Shown here one piece after another: positions 26,590 through 40,335 of a stretch of DNA of 64,000 nucleotides. Made by a program: the position numbers and the translations under genes. Source of the DNA: Rhynchobatus australiae. Taxonomy: Eukaryota. The stretch is taken from NCBI GenBank assembly GCA_034780895.1, contig JAUZTB010000048.1:28742058-28806057 (forward strand), read 5' to 3'. How positions within the stretch are numbered: position 1 is the stretch's first letter; the number at the start of each line of letters is the position of its first letter. Below the pieces are notes generated by a model. It saw nothing but the letters and a program-made list of their open reading frames with translations. It did not search any database and was not told the origin of the DNA.

Positions 26590-27690
26590 TTAACATGGAA
26601 AGAAGTCTCTTCATACTTCAGAAGCATTATCAAAATCAGCACTGAACCACCAAAGGGGAGAGTGGGGCAGATGGCAAAAAGTGTAGTCAAAAATGTAGGC
26701 TTTTTTATTTTTGTAGTCAAGCAGAAGACTGGAATTGGCTGAGAGCAAATTGTTGGGAGGGTTTTAGAAGTGGAAAAGATCATAAGGATTGGAAGTAAAG
26801 ACAAGGTGGGAACTTTAAAATGTCGAGCCATTGGGGACCTTCAAGCACAGGAGCAAGGGGGGGAAAATGAGCCTTGGCAAGTGATGGGGCATGAGCATAA
26901 GACCTTCTTCCTTAGGCTGACCTGGAGTGTGTCCGAAATGTCAAGTACAGATGTAATAAGTGTGGGTGTGGATTTTGACAGCACTTGAATTATGGCAAGA
27001 ATAGAGTCAAGTGATACATTGGTCCAAGTAGGTGGCCTTGGCGACTAAGCCACATGTGCACTATCTCTGCATCAATTACAGCATTGAGGTTCCAAACAGC
27101 CTTGTTTAGCTCTGGACACTTGTCAGAGAAATGGACAGAGTTAATGACAGATCAAGTATGTTTTCAGCCTTGTCGGTATTCACTTGGTGGAAATTTTGGC
27201 TCCTTTAGTGTGGACAAGTCAATGCAGGAGGCCATGGGTTAGAGTTGGATTTGTTAGGGGGCACATGCTGAGGGACTGAATAGAAGACAAATGGGAAGAG
27301 TCCTATAATTGATTCTTGGGGGACATCAGGGATATCTGTAGATGGGAAACAATTGTTGTTGTTGTCTGACTCGCATTGGGATGCGAAAAATGGAACTGGG
27401 CAAGAGCAGTCCCGTCCAACAACAGTGAAGGTATGTTGAAGGCAGAGGTATAGAGAGCCATGTAAAGGATTACAGATAGGTTGAGATGAGACACATGGAG
27501 GGATAGACCATCTTTACCACTCTCATGAGATGCCATTCATGTTTTCGTCCTTATTGAGGACAGACTGGAATTCTGACTTTCAGTGGCATTAAAACAATGA
27601 GTTGTGAGATGGGGATAAATTCTGAGGCCACGAGGACTTTGAATGGGAAGTGGATGGATGTATTGAGAAGGACTAAGAGTTTTAAGGAGG
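26590..27690 (-). mobile_element. Patchy old L2-like remnants
   Basis: Reverse-orientation L2-type tail (gggcagatggcaaaaagtgtagtcaaaaatgtaggctttt) followed by purine-rich degenerate segments. Confidence 0.35.
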
Positions 27691-27900
27691 TACAAGAAAC
27701 TGCGGATGCTGTGGTCTGGAGCAAGCGACAAACTGCTAGTGGAACTTAGTGGGTCAGGCAGCATCTGTGGAGGGAAAGGGATGGTCGACGTTTCGGGCTG
27801 AGAACCTGCATCAGATCTGAGTAGAAGGGAAATTAGCCAGTATAAGGGGAGAAGGAGTGAGGCAGGAGCTGACAGGCAATAGGAGGCAGCAGGTGAAGAA
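27690..27900 (-). mobile_element. Penelope-type terminal repeat with minimal hammerhead-like motif
   Basis: tacaagaaactgcggatgctg...gggtcaggcagcatctgtggagg...gtcgacgtttcggg...tgcatcag. The minus strand reads CTGATGCA-GG..CCC-GAAAC-GTC. Confidence 0.8.
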
Positions 27901-30231
27901 AGACAAAGAATCAAAAGAGGAGAGGTATTAATGTTGCTGTCCAAAACATTCTATTCCTACACAATCATCCTCACCAGTAGGGCACATCTATCATAAGTCC
28001 TGGTGCACTGAAATACATTTGGGTCAGAGTAACTCTGGAAATCCTCTAACTCTGGCTGCTGAGTGGAATCAGAATAAACAAGGCTGGTCAAACCTCCTGA
28101 TTCCCATCACCTTCAGTTCCTCATTTGGGAATCTGTACTTCTGGAGGGGTCACAAATTAAACCACTACTTCTAGGATGTTTTCCCATATTAAGAAGCATT
28201 AAATTTAATCAAAGTTCTTATATTACTGAATTGAAGTAAGCATTTAATAAATACATTTTGCATAATCCATTAGTAAATGTACCTTTTAATCTCTGTCACT
28301 TTTTAATAGACAAGCCATTTGATAAATAACTTGGTGAATTACACTAAGCAAAAGGAGAAAGTGGATCTATTCAGAAGGTGTAAAGATCACAACTGGTAAA
28401 GACTAAACATCTAACCTGGTTTTCTTTTGGGGCAAAGGAGTAAAGCAATGGTGCTTTCAGCTTGTTGTCTTTGAAAGTCAAGCAGCACCAAAGAGGCTTC
28501 CCAGATCAGTACAAAGTGTAAGCAAGCACTCTTGAGAATAGGTTGCATTGGTATAAAAATTGGGTTTGTGCTGTTAAGAATCAAGTTGCCACTTCATATA
28601 TCAAGATTTTTTTTGTTTTTAGTTGGAGCATTTAACAGGTGCTCGAGTCAAGTGCTGGACAGACCATTGAGAATAAAATAGAGGGAAATAGCTGTACCTG
28701 TCACAGCTCATTTTAATGTTTGTAGCATACACAGCAGGTGCAAGGTTTGGAATACATGTGTGAATATTGTTCCAAAATGTGAACTAGCTGGTTGTGTTAA
28801 TCATAACAACACAGATCCATTAAAGCAATAGACCTGAAATTGTGGTGTTAAGTTTCCATTTTTGATAAAGTTTCTGAACTGTGAGTAATTGTGTTACCAT
28901 ATTTCAGCTGTGACTACATGGTTGTTTTCAAATGAGGAATGGAATTCTAACTTGAATCTGACCTTGTAACGAAGGGTATATCATCATGGAGATTTTATGC
29001 AATATTTTATTTATCTGTTCTCTATTTTCTATTCTGCTCGTGTTTGAAGGAAGCATGTTGGTATTGTAGAAAGAGTGATAAACCACAAGTAGTAATAAAG
29101 GCTTGGTTCATTGGCTATTCTGATCAGCGAGACCAGAGCTCGGAAACATTGAAATGAAATGTTAATATTTGACAGGCATCTTTGTTTGATATTTGCACAA
29201 TGACTGAACTATTGATGGCTGCAGAATTTGACTTGCAAAGCCGGATCTCTCAGTCTATGTTTTGAAGTTGATAAAATTGCAGATCATCTGCTTTGCAAGG
29301 GAAAGGCGATTTTTAAATTTTGGCAAAAGTTGTGTGAGGAGCAGCAAGCACACTTGAAATATTTGGAAACATTTAAAGACATCTATTGCAAGGTACAGAC
29401 AATAGAAAGCCCTTTTCTTTGAGAAAATTACTTGTCACAGAAAGCTTAATAACTCCTTTTTATAGGTATCAAGAGGACCATAAAAATCTTGCCAGGCAAG
29501 GCAAACCACCCCAAGTTTAAAGCAGTTGAAATTGCTACTGAATAAAGCAAAAGGCACATGCTGTTTGTGTATTTAAAAATTCAGTGTGCATTGCTGATGT
29601 CTAGGTCTTGATTTTTGTTTCATATTTTAAAAACATTTAGTATGCATGCAGAGCTGTATATTGAGTGAATGATAACCTGGAGGGCTGGTGATTGTTAGCC
29701 TATTATATTGTAAGTAAGCAGAATTTAACATATCCTAGTTTCTTTTAACGTCCATAAATATTGGAGACCAGATTCTTCTCATTTTCCCCCATTGATTTAC
29801 TAACTTTACTTTGCCATGAACCTGAAAGTTAACAAATAATTTATTTTCTAAAGCTGTGACTCTTTCCAAAAACCAGCAACAAAGGAGCAAATGCAAAGTA
29901 TCACGAGATTGGAAGTCTAAAATAAAATGCTGGGAATTCTTAAGGTACTCTGGGAATAATCTCAGATTAACAGATCATGCACTATGATTTCCACCAGCTA
30001 CAGTGTGATGTCATCATTAAATACATGACCTTCCTTTCCCTTTTTTTGGGTTGACCCTTGGTTGAGGATTTGCTTCACTGCATTTTCATATGTTTTGACA
30101 TGACTGATTCCAGTGGCAGTGACTGCAGATCCTGCACAGATGGAACTTCACTGGGCAGGTTGATTTGATTATTGCATGCTGCCTCTGTAGTTTGCATTTG
30201 GGACTTGCATGCTGCCAACATAGACTAAGTA

Positions 30232-30424
30232 GAGACATGAGACTGCAGATGCTGGAATCTGGAGCAACACCAAAACCGTTGGATGAACTTGGTGGGTCAG
30301 GCAGCATCATTGGAGAGAAATGGACAGTCGATGTTTTGGGGGTTCTCAACATGAAATGTTGACTGTGCATTTCCTTCCATCGATGCTGCCTGACCCATTA
30401 AGTTCCTCCAGTGCTTTTGTGCTC
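30232..30424. mobile_element. Palindromic Penelope-derived element (two inverted terminal repeats)
   Basis: Left arm gaacttggtgggtcaggcagcatc...gaaatggacagtcgatgttt pairs with right arm aaatgttgactgtgcatttc...gatgctgcctgacccattaagttc. Confidence 0.85.
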
Positions 30425-31736
30425 AATATTGACTAATGAGGATCTTGTTGGATGCTTCTTTGCTATTTTGGGTGGTATTGGGTGAGGGATTCTCATGGGT
30501 CTGAGGATGTTGTGTTATTGAGGTGGTTTAGTGGTTTTCTTGAAGCACTTTCTCTGTCCTCCATTATGGAGCTCAGAGCAGAGGGCTTGTTTTTGAACTC
30601 TGGTATGAACAATAGGCCTATTGAAGCTCGTTAAGAATGATTAGAACCTCAAGGTTGGTCTCGATCATCTCCACTTGGCATTTGTGCAAGTGCTGAGAGG
30701 AATGACCTACTCTCTTAATCCTTCTTGTCTTCCTACCATCAGCTACTTCAGCAGGTGAGACAGTTTACTACTTTCACTTTGATGTATTTTTTACACTGCA
30801 TGTGAATGCTTCCGGCTTTCTAATCACAGTTTAGTGGAGCCAACCCTCAGATCATCTACATTCTGTCTGCAAGCATGATGTGGTTGCCTATCATTTTATT
30901 TCTCTTCATATTTACTATCACCTCTATCCTTTGCTTTCTAAATAGCTCTAATGCAGCTCTACAAATTATTTGTCTTTCAATAAGTGGTACAGAGAATGTA
31001 ACTGGCCATGGATTAGAACTGGATTGTACCTTGAGTGCACAGTTCTAGCCAGGGTCAATGGGTGGCTAGAGGTATGTATTTGATAAAGGATCCAGTTCAA
31101 TTCTGGTCAGTTACCCTCTCTCTAATTCCTGGTAGTGACCAGTCATACCATAATAATTGNNNNNNNNNNNNNNNNNNNNNNNNNNNNNNNNNNNNNNNNN
31201 NNNNNNNNNNNNNNNNNNNNNNNNNNNNNNNNNNNNNNNNNNNNNNNNNNNNNNNNNNNGTGACCAGTCATACCATAATAATTGTTACTCAAGCTGAAAT
31301 CTCATTACTTGGCATGGGCTTGAGAATTAACTTGAGATCCTTGTAGCTTGTATATCTTCATGAGACAAATCATGAAATGTGAAGCTTTCAGCTAATACTT
31401 TGTAAAGTGCTGATATTGAAAACTACACTTTATCTGGTGATATTCTACATTTCCTTCTGGTACAAATTTGTAGGTTGTGGTTCATCATCCCTCCATGAAG
31501 TCCAAACCTTCGTATTGACTAATGGGCATTTATACAAATGGAGTATTTTGGTTATATTTGGTAGCTGGAGATAATTTAATTTTTCATTTAACACATTTGG
31601 ACCTCTTGCTGTCCTGGGGCGCAACACTGAAGAGAAGCAGAAGGAAAGGAAGATCCCTTGCGGGGTGGGAGGGGGCGGAAGTTTATTTTAAATAAGGTGT
31701 TGGGTGAGGTTGCATTCTCCTTCTGTTTTCCAAGTG

Positions 31737-32846
31737 TCCTTGACTTCCTGACCAACTGCAACTGAATCCTTGACTTCCTGACCAATGGACTGCAATCAGT
31801 ACGGATAGGCAGCAACACTTCTGCCACTATCATCCTCAACACTGGTGCCCCACAAGGCTGTCCTCAGCCCCTGACTTTACTCCCTGTACTCTGTGGCCAG
31901 ATTCTAATCTAACTCCATCCACAAGTTTGCAGATGACACCACTGTAGTGGACGAATCTCAAATAACGACGAGACTGAGTAGAGGAAAGAGAGAGAGAGAG
32001 AGAGCCTAGTGACGTAGTGTCACGACAACAACCATTCCCTCAATGTTAGCAAAACAAAAGAACTGGTCATTGACTTCAGAAAGGCGAGCAGTGCACATGC
32101 TCCTGTTTTACATCGATGGTGCTGAGGTGGTCGAGAGCTTCAAGTTCCAAGTTGCAAAAATCACCAATAGCCTGACCTGGTCTGACCACATAGAGACTAT
32201 GGCCAAGAAAGCTTAGCAGTGCTTCTACTTCCTCCAGAAGGCTCAAGAAATTTGGCATGACCCTGTTGACCCTCTCCAATTTTTACAGATGCACCATACA
32301 AAGCATCCTATCCTGATCCATCACAGCTTGGTATGGCAACTGCTCTGCCCAAGATGGCAAGAAGCTGCAGAGTTGTGGATGCAGCTCCGTCACAGAAAAC
32401 CAGCTTCCCCTTCATGGCATCTGTCTACACTTGGTGCCTCAAAAGCAGCCAGCATAACCAAAGAGTCCTCTCACCCCAGACATTTTTCATAATTTCCCCC
32501 CCCCCCCCCAAAATCGGGCAGAAGATACAAGAACGAGCACCATCAGGGTCAAGGATGGCTTCTATCCTGCTATTTAAAAAATTTCTTGAATAAACCTCTT
32601 GTACATTAAAGTGAACTCTTGACCTCGTAGTCAACTTCATCATGGCCCTTGCACCTTACCGTCTACTTGCACTGCACTTCCACTGTAATTCTAACCGTAA
32701 TACTATATGCTGTATTCTGTTGCTACTTTTCCCTTGTACTACCTCTAAGTACTTGTGTTTTGAAAAGACCTGTGCAGATGGCATTGCAAAACAACATTTT
32801 TCCACTCTATTTTGTTACATGTGACAATAATAAACCAATACCAAGT
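31737..32846 (+). mobile_element. 5'-truncated Rex1/Babar LINE (RT C-terminal half and 3' UTR), disrupted
   Basis: ILDFLTN, LNTGAPQGC, IHKFADDTTVVG, LNVSKTKELVIDFRK and WYGNCS motifs, with tail gtgacaataataaaccaatacca. Confidence 0.95.
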
Positions 32847-33814
32847 ATATATGGAACTGGGGAAAATGTTTTCTCGTACTCACTATCGCTTCCTATCAGT
32901 GCATTTTAAGGAGCTATCTACAATTTTTCTGATGCATTGTGTTAAAATATTGACAAATTAAGAATGCATGTGTCTGAATCAGGGTACAGGTACACTGTTT
33001 CTTTCTGCTATAATTTACTTTTGGGCTCTTGGGTAGATTTTTACAGGGCTCTACTACTAGCAAGGAGCCTTGCTTGTAAGGACTATGTTGCATGCAGGTG
33101 GGTCGGGAGATCAGTATACCTGAATGTTTATGATATGCCCTTCCGCAGTGACTGATTCTTGTTCTTGCTCCTATTGAACATGAGAAGTTTAATTTTCAGT
33201 AAAGTTCCAAGAAAATGGGGAAAGAAAAATGTATTTCACTTTTCTGGTTTTCACATTCCTATGCTGTCCACTAATTCCTGAGGCGAATGATATTTTTAAG
33301 TTTTGTACTGATCCAAAAAGTGCTGGAGTCTTTGGAATATTGAACTGGGAATTGAAATTGGATTGTGAATTGCTTTAATTTTGCAGGGCTCCACTTAAAA
33401 GCCAACCAGAGCAGTGGTGGCTTGAAATCATGGCAATCTGCCATTCAGCTCCAGTGAGCAGAAGATTCTGACCCAGGAGCAAACTAAATGGGCTGGTGGG
33501 GAAATTGGTCCACTGGGCCCTTTTTGTATTCCCACGGTCACTAGCTGTTTGTAAGCCTTTTATAGCTCTAGTTTGGCACGCCAAAGCTAATAATCCTTCA
33601 AACCATCATAACATTTGTTGTGCATCTTTGTGAAGCTCCAATTTATTCAACAGCACAATGTCTCATTTACAACACAGAGCAGCTTTTGAAATTGGATTTT
33701 TGATGCGTGCAGCTTTGTGGATGAAATGAGAGGACAGGACAGTAGGAAGGTGATGGATTTAGCCAGTTTAATTATTTCCCACTCTGTTAAGTATCAAGGT
33801 ATCTTGGATTAAAA

Positions 33815-34135
33815 AAAAGGAGACCATTCAGCCCCTTGGGCCCATTTTTGCAGCCATGAGAGCAATCCCTCTAGTTTCAAATTTCTTCCTTATTTCCCTG
33901 TCCCCAGCAACCTCTTCAGCCCCACACATGCCCATCAACTTTACTTGGATTTTTTTTTGCCATTAACTTAACAGTACACATTCTGAGGTGTGAGAGGAAG
34001 CGGGAGCACCCAGAGGAAACCCATGTTGTAATGGGGAGAACATGTACGCTCTACCCATGCAGCACACAAGGTCGGGATGAACCTGGATCCCAGAGCTGTG
34101 AGGGTACAGAATAAATGCAGCACCATCATGCCAGT
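33815..34135 (-). mobile_element. HE1-like V-SINE
   Basis: gaggaagcgggagcacccagaggaaacccatg...ggggagaacatg (V-domain) with CR1-type tail ggagaccattcagccc. Confidence 0.85.
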
Positions 34136-36879
34136 GCCTACTATTCTGCTTTGGAAGCACAGAACTAGCTCTGTGACACTTCATTAGAAAAACTTAGTGC
34201 AATGCTACAGAGCTGTGCATACTGTAACATCTACTTGTGCTGCAATGCAATGCTTGATCCTTGGTGACTTCAGTTGTATTCTAAACCCTGTGTTTATGGC
34301 CACTTTCTTATGTTCTGCTTAACTGTGCAGAGCTCCAGTACCACCTTGGTTTGTGCCCTCTCAACTCTTGGATTGCACCTGTGTACCACTGCAGCTTGAC
34401 ACAACACCAACCATTTAACACAAGAGGTACTGCAATGCTTTTAATTCTTTGCTACTTATTTTTATCACAGTGTGATTTGGTAATTGACATGAAATTCATC
34501 AGCTCAAGGTGGCTCTGGAAAGTGGGAGAAGCATTTTCAGATTGAGCAATTTACTCCAGCCGGTACTGCAACATATGCTGTGCACAGCTGTAAGCATTCT
34601 TAAATCAATTGTTGTTTACCACACTAAACAAGATGTTGCATAAGTTCAGTTTAGACACAGATTTCCATTGTATATTGAATGACATTTATCTTGAACATTT
34701 GAGGTAGCTGGAAAGACTTCCTGCATTTAAAAATAATTCAGTAACATCTGGGTGCAATTATTGAATGTTCCCAGGCTGATGCTTTCTTTTGCCTTTCTTT
34801 TGGAATCTTGGCTGTTGATGGAAATGTTACGTTTGATTGAAAGTTGGAGCATTTATTGGTGTAAGAATTCCTTTTAGTATTAATTCTGGACAGGTTATGT
34901 TCTGTAATGCATTTAATGGGACAAATAATGAAAAGTGGCTATATGTTGTGGAATTGCTGTGGCTTTTCATAAATTTATATTAATTAGCTGAATACAGAAC
35001 AATCACTATCCTGGCCAATGGACATTGAAATCAAATGTTTCAATTCCACACAAGGCTCTCCCATGTTAAAGGCTCTTACTGTTATTTTCCATATTGAATA
35101 AAAGATGTTAAGTATCATTGAGATGCAGAAAATATAACTTGCCAATTGATGAGGTTTTGGTAAAATTTTAAATGTCAAAATTTTAGTCTTACCAATTATT
35201 ACGCTGTGGTGAAGGGATACATGCCTTGCACTTCACTCATGTAATGCTCTTTTTTTTTCAATTTGTAAGCTGATGAAAATAACCACTTCTGATGTCTTTT
35301 TGCATCACTTTGGAAATTGTTGATTGTGTACTTTCAGAGTCTGGGTTGCGGGAGTAACCCACACGAGATCTTTGCATCAGAGATGCATGGGAAGATGTCA
35401 TTCCCATACAGCAGTCAAATGGGCATGGCAGAGAAAATGGGACAAAATTGCCATGAGTGGTCCAAGACCAACATGGGCTAAGCAGCACAATGCTGATTCA
35501 GAAAAGTCCTTTCTCGGCATCCTTCTGCAACCCTCCTATCTTAACAGTACAGTGACCCTCCCAGCAACCCATGATCCTTTTGTCCCAATGATTTGTTCAG
35601 GCCCCGGTGATGATCTTGATCACTATTCTTTCTATTTCCCTGTGCACTTTAACTCAACTCATCCATTTTGCTGCAACCTTATCCTCCTGCAGCTGACTCC
35701 ACACAGCCCCCCGATCTAGACTTATTGTTGCCACCACCCCCACTGAAAACCAGAGCACAAACCCCAGACCCAATCCAACCTTTCCATGGGATTGAGTACT
35801 ACAAAGCAGTGCTAGTTTTTGATGTGAAATGGGCATTGCAGAAGGGGCCCAATGACTGAGCAGTTGGTGATGCAATGTGCCAGTCACTCGGCATTCCCTT
35901 TTTGTGCACACTAGAATCTCTCAGCCGTTTAGTGCAAAGTGTTTTATATTGATAATAACACTTTTTTGCCATTTTGAGGAACAACCTTGATCAAAATGTC
36001 AAATGACCATGCGGAATAATTTGTGGCTGTTGACGATTGCTTTGTTGCAATTCATTTGTCTGTCGCAACTTAAAACAGATCATCTGTGCACTGAGTGTGT
36101 GTAGAGCAGTGTCTGATTTCAAACCTATCGCTACTTTAATACAATAGTTAGTAGTGCAGTCATACTGTGCAACATTATTGCAAGTGTGAAGTCATAACTG
36201 AAACCACTTCACAATGCTCAACTTGGAATCTAAATCAGATGTGAAACTACAACTCCTTTTAGCGACTCTCATTGTTCAGTTCCAGAGCCAGTTTGAGAAT
36301 CAACACCATTGTTGTGTAAACACCAGCCCAAGAATTCGGGCACAATATTGCATTGAATTTTTAATTTGTTTGGAAGTAGATCAGCTGAAGTGTGGGGGGG
36401 GGGGGGGGAGTATGGTGTATAAATGCTGACCTTGCCAGTGACAAATGAATAAAGTAATTACAAGTCTGTCAGATATTGTTTGCAGATGGTAAGGAGCTAC
36501 TGCACTACATCAACTTAGTGTGCCACTGTGGGCAGATGGCTTTAATTTGAGATTTAAATATCAGATCTTCTCAGAAGATTAACGTACCTTTCACTGCAAA
36601 TTTCTGATGTATCACTTAGTAGAAATGGTAAACAGCACTGGCAATTTTCTAAACTGCTAAACTTGATTAACTCTTTGGTTTGCTGTCTGGTAGGAGGTAG
36701 CTAACTTAAAGAGAGAGAATCCTGACTTTTCTATCAGTGACTGATTATTGCAGTTAACCAAGTGAAGCTGACTTGGAGTGCTCTATAGCTCTTGTTCACA
36801 TCTGTGCCTGCTGACCAGTGTTAACTTATGGTTAAGTAAGAGCTTTTGTGTAAAATCACTCTGTAGTTTCATTCCACTC

Positions 36880-37200
36880 TATTCTCTCTGATCTCTTCTA
36901 GATCCATAAGCCTCTGAGATAATTGTACTCCTTTAATTCTTGCCTCTTAATCATTCTCAAATTTAAATGTTCCACCTTTTGTTTTTTGGCAGCTGTACCC
37001 TCAACAGCTCTGAAGCTCTGGAATTCCCTTCCTAAAATCCATTCCTTTCCACTTGTAAGGTGCAACTTCAAAATCTATCTCAACTGTGCTTTTGATCACT
37101 TGCCCTTATCTAATTTGCCATTATTTTTAATCTAATGCCTTTGAAATGCCTTCAGATGCTTATTTGGTGCTGTTACACACTTAAAGGATATTCTAAATCT
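36880..37200 (+). mobile_element. Old L2-like 3' fragment
   Basis: aagctctggaattcccttcctaaa (LWNSLPK) and cttcaaaatctatctc...gcttttgatcac. Confidence 0.55.
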
Positions 37201-40199
37201 GATTTCAACTGCATCATAAATATGACTAATCACTTGCAGACAAGAACATCTTATTATGTGATAGTTACTGGTGACAGATTGTTCTTTCTGATGGAGATCC
37301 ATGGAGTACTAAATTAGGTAGCCCCTGAAAAGCAAGAGTATGATGTGGGATTAACTAACATTCATTGTTTCTGATGCAAGCAGCACACCAGTTTAGTGCT
37401 GTCTGTTAATTAAATGACTGCTGAATGAAGTTCTGGCTAGGCACAATGAATAACGCACATTTCAGCAAGGGACCCAATTGGCAAGACAGCAGCACTCAAA
37501 GCAAATGTACATTATTAGAAGGTCTCCTATACTTAAAGGAGAGGTGCATCACAGCTGGGGCAAATTTGGTACTTATGCAGGGGAAAAGGTATGACATGGG
37601 CACTACAGTATTTGCACCATTCTGCTGTTTCATTGCTGTTTATATTATGACCTTGTATACTGTTTACTTTGAGCTTCATGCAAGCAAGTAATTTCATTAC
37701 ACACTGGTATATTTGACAATAAATTAATCTGAATCTGAGAACATGAGTAACGAGGCTCGAAGGTTTACAGATACTGCACTGGTGGCCTAAGTGAAAAGGA
37801 TGCCCTTTGAACATGAAGCCATGTCCATAAGAGGCCAAGAAAACCAGCTGACAGAGCTTTGGAAGATGGTTATCGGATTAATAACCAGTGCCAGGACTCT
37901 TGTCCCTAGAACCAGGTTGCACTGCTGCAGGAAGTTTAATGTCTTCAGGTGCACCACTAGCCTCAGTCACAGCTTCATTAACCATATCCCCATCAGTTGC
38001 CAATGAACTGGTTCTGTCAGGAATCCTAGCCAGTGCTTGTGTATTCCCCTCACCCTCTAACTTGTGCACATTACCAGTAACAGAGCCACGTGGCATCACC
38101 CAGATGCATGATATGACATTCACTGCTGCAGTTCCTTGCAGGATGAGGTTGTGTACAACTTACAAATATTTTTCTCTTGCACTTATTCCAAGTTCAGCCT
38201 GACCCTGTCCAGCTAGGGTAATACTAATTAAGTCTCACTGGAGCAAAACAATGCAAACTATTTTAAAAGAAGCTTTTTTAAACTGAGCCAATACCACAAA
38301 CAAAATAATAAGTGCAAATTTACAAATGATATGGCATTTTGTATGAAACTACTGATGTACACTGATAGGACCTCTGTATTCTATACCTTGCTCAACTTTA
38401 ACCCTTAATGGTAATCTGTCTCTTGCAGTTTTGTTACAAGCTGTTGTTATAATGATTTCAAAAGTATTTTGTTCTTTTAACTCCTGATGCTTTTAGACAT
38501 GTGCCACACTGGTGATCACTCAGAATGTTCCACAGCTTTCTGTAAGTTGCCACAGAATGTCTTGAATTTCCCTCGTTATCCAAAATCACACCATGACTAT
38601 TTCATTGCTACAACCTTCCCTTTTGATAACACTAGCTTCATCATTTTGTTTACCTGCTACAAGACCATGAACTGTCTGATTTTTTTTAAATGAACACTTG
38701 ATGTCCAACTAATCATACAATGTAGATGATTTGATGGTGAATAAGTTAGAAATTAGCAGCACTGAAATGTTGCAAATTTTTTTTACATTAATGACTTTCA
38801 AAAGCCTGTTTGTGACAAACAGAGTAATCTCATTTACAGTGTATCTTGCAGCCTTTGGTGAGATAGTCACATAATAGGAGTCTAGAAGATAAGCTCTTTT
38901 GCATAAGCAAATACATCAGAATTTACTTCAACTTTACAACCTGTTTGAAAATGTTGATGCTGACATTGAATGTTCAGTTAACTTTGGTTCATCACGAATT
39001 GAACATTTCTTGTTGAAGGTACCAGGGACACAGCAGAAATAAACTACAGGGAAGCTTGATTGGCTATGTCATGATAATCATGGAGGAGGCAGTTGTGGGC
39101 ATTGGCAGGGAGACATTACCACTTGTATCAACTTCCCCACTATTTCACACTCACTTGATTTACAAGCTTCAGATGGTGTTTGCATACATTCTTGTGGCTG
39201 AGAGCAGAAAACATCGCTATACTTGTGCCTTTCTCCTTTTAGATATGGGGCTAGCTGTCAATGAGTACAAACTGAATGTTATCACTCGATTGCATTCTCT
39301 CACCCCCAGCTCCGAGGATGTTTTTATTGTCTGTAGCACATACTAATTGTCCTTTTGAAGAAATGTCACCCCCCTTTTTAATCCCATTGCATTGCAGACA
39401 ACAAATGTCAACTCTGAAGTGATGCCCCTACTGTACTGTGGCTCAGTCTTCACTAAGCCATGTGTTCTGCCTTCTGTTGTCGTCTAGCAAGAGAAAACAA
39501 AGTATAATTCTCTTTTGACTGTAGGACATCAATGACCTTTGTTTTATAGTTGCTGATGAGCTTTGAAATGTAGCAAATGTTTCCAGCTAGATGTACGGAA
39601 GATTAGGGGTGTGGTTACAACCACGAGCAATGCAGTTCTTGCCCTGCTCTGAGGCCTCAGTTGTGGCTGCAGCAGGTGGCAAATATTGGTGAGGATGCCC
39701 TTAATGAGGGTTGCTTGAATGTTGTTATTTTCTGAAGCTCTGGTAGGTGAACTACTGTCTTGGTGTAATTGGTGAATATGAGCTTCTCGGAGCCTTTTTC
39801 TTTCCACACTGCCCCTTTACCAAACCTCCTCTGTGTTTGACCGGCTCTTTTGCTCAATACTGATGGAAGATTAGGGAGGAGGACAGTGCTATGAGGGCAA
39901 GACCCTACCCATTGCCAAATGTTATCAGATGTCTTGAGTGACCAGAGGGCATTAGCTGAAGTGTTGAGCCTCAAAATGGCAGGTGCTATTTATGTTCCGT
40001 GTAAACATTTTGTGTTCTGTTTGCTTTGTATATTCCAACAGGCACTAGTTGTGAGTGTTGGTGTCCTCAATTGTATGAGGTCTGGCAAGATTTACTCCAC
40101 CACTGTCTATATGTGCAACAACAGTAGTATTGCCCCAGAAAAATACAATCTAAACAAACAGATTTTGCAGCCAGGTCCTTTGTAGAAGTACTGTTTGTC

Positions 40200-40335
40200 T
40201 TTTCCAGTTCTGATGAAGAATCATTGATTGAAATATGGAACTTTGTTTCTTTCCTCATAGATGCTGAATGACCTGCTGAGTATTTACAGCATATTATTTC
40301 ATTACAGATTTCTGGCATCAGTAGACTTTTGGATT
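40200..40335 (+). mobile_element. Older Penelope-type terminal repeat with decayed hammerhead core
   Basis: agtt-CTGATGAAG...GAAA...aact, then ctttgtttctttcctcatagatgctgaatgacctgctgagtattt...agatttctggcatc. Confidence 0.7.

Noticed and set aside
37878-38202. Protein-looking antisense ORF pair
   Set aside because: Same correlated-frame effect, no recognisable homology, no good donor.
39544-39850. Possible Penelope RT C-terminal remnant on the minus strand
   Set aside because: Only vague similarity, not supportable by eye.
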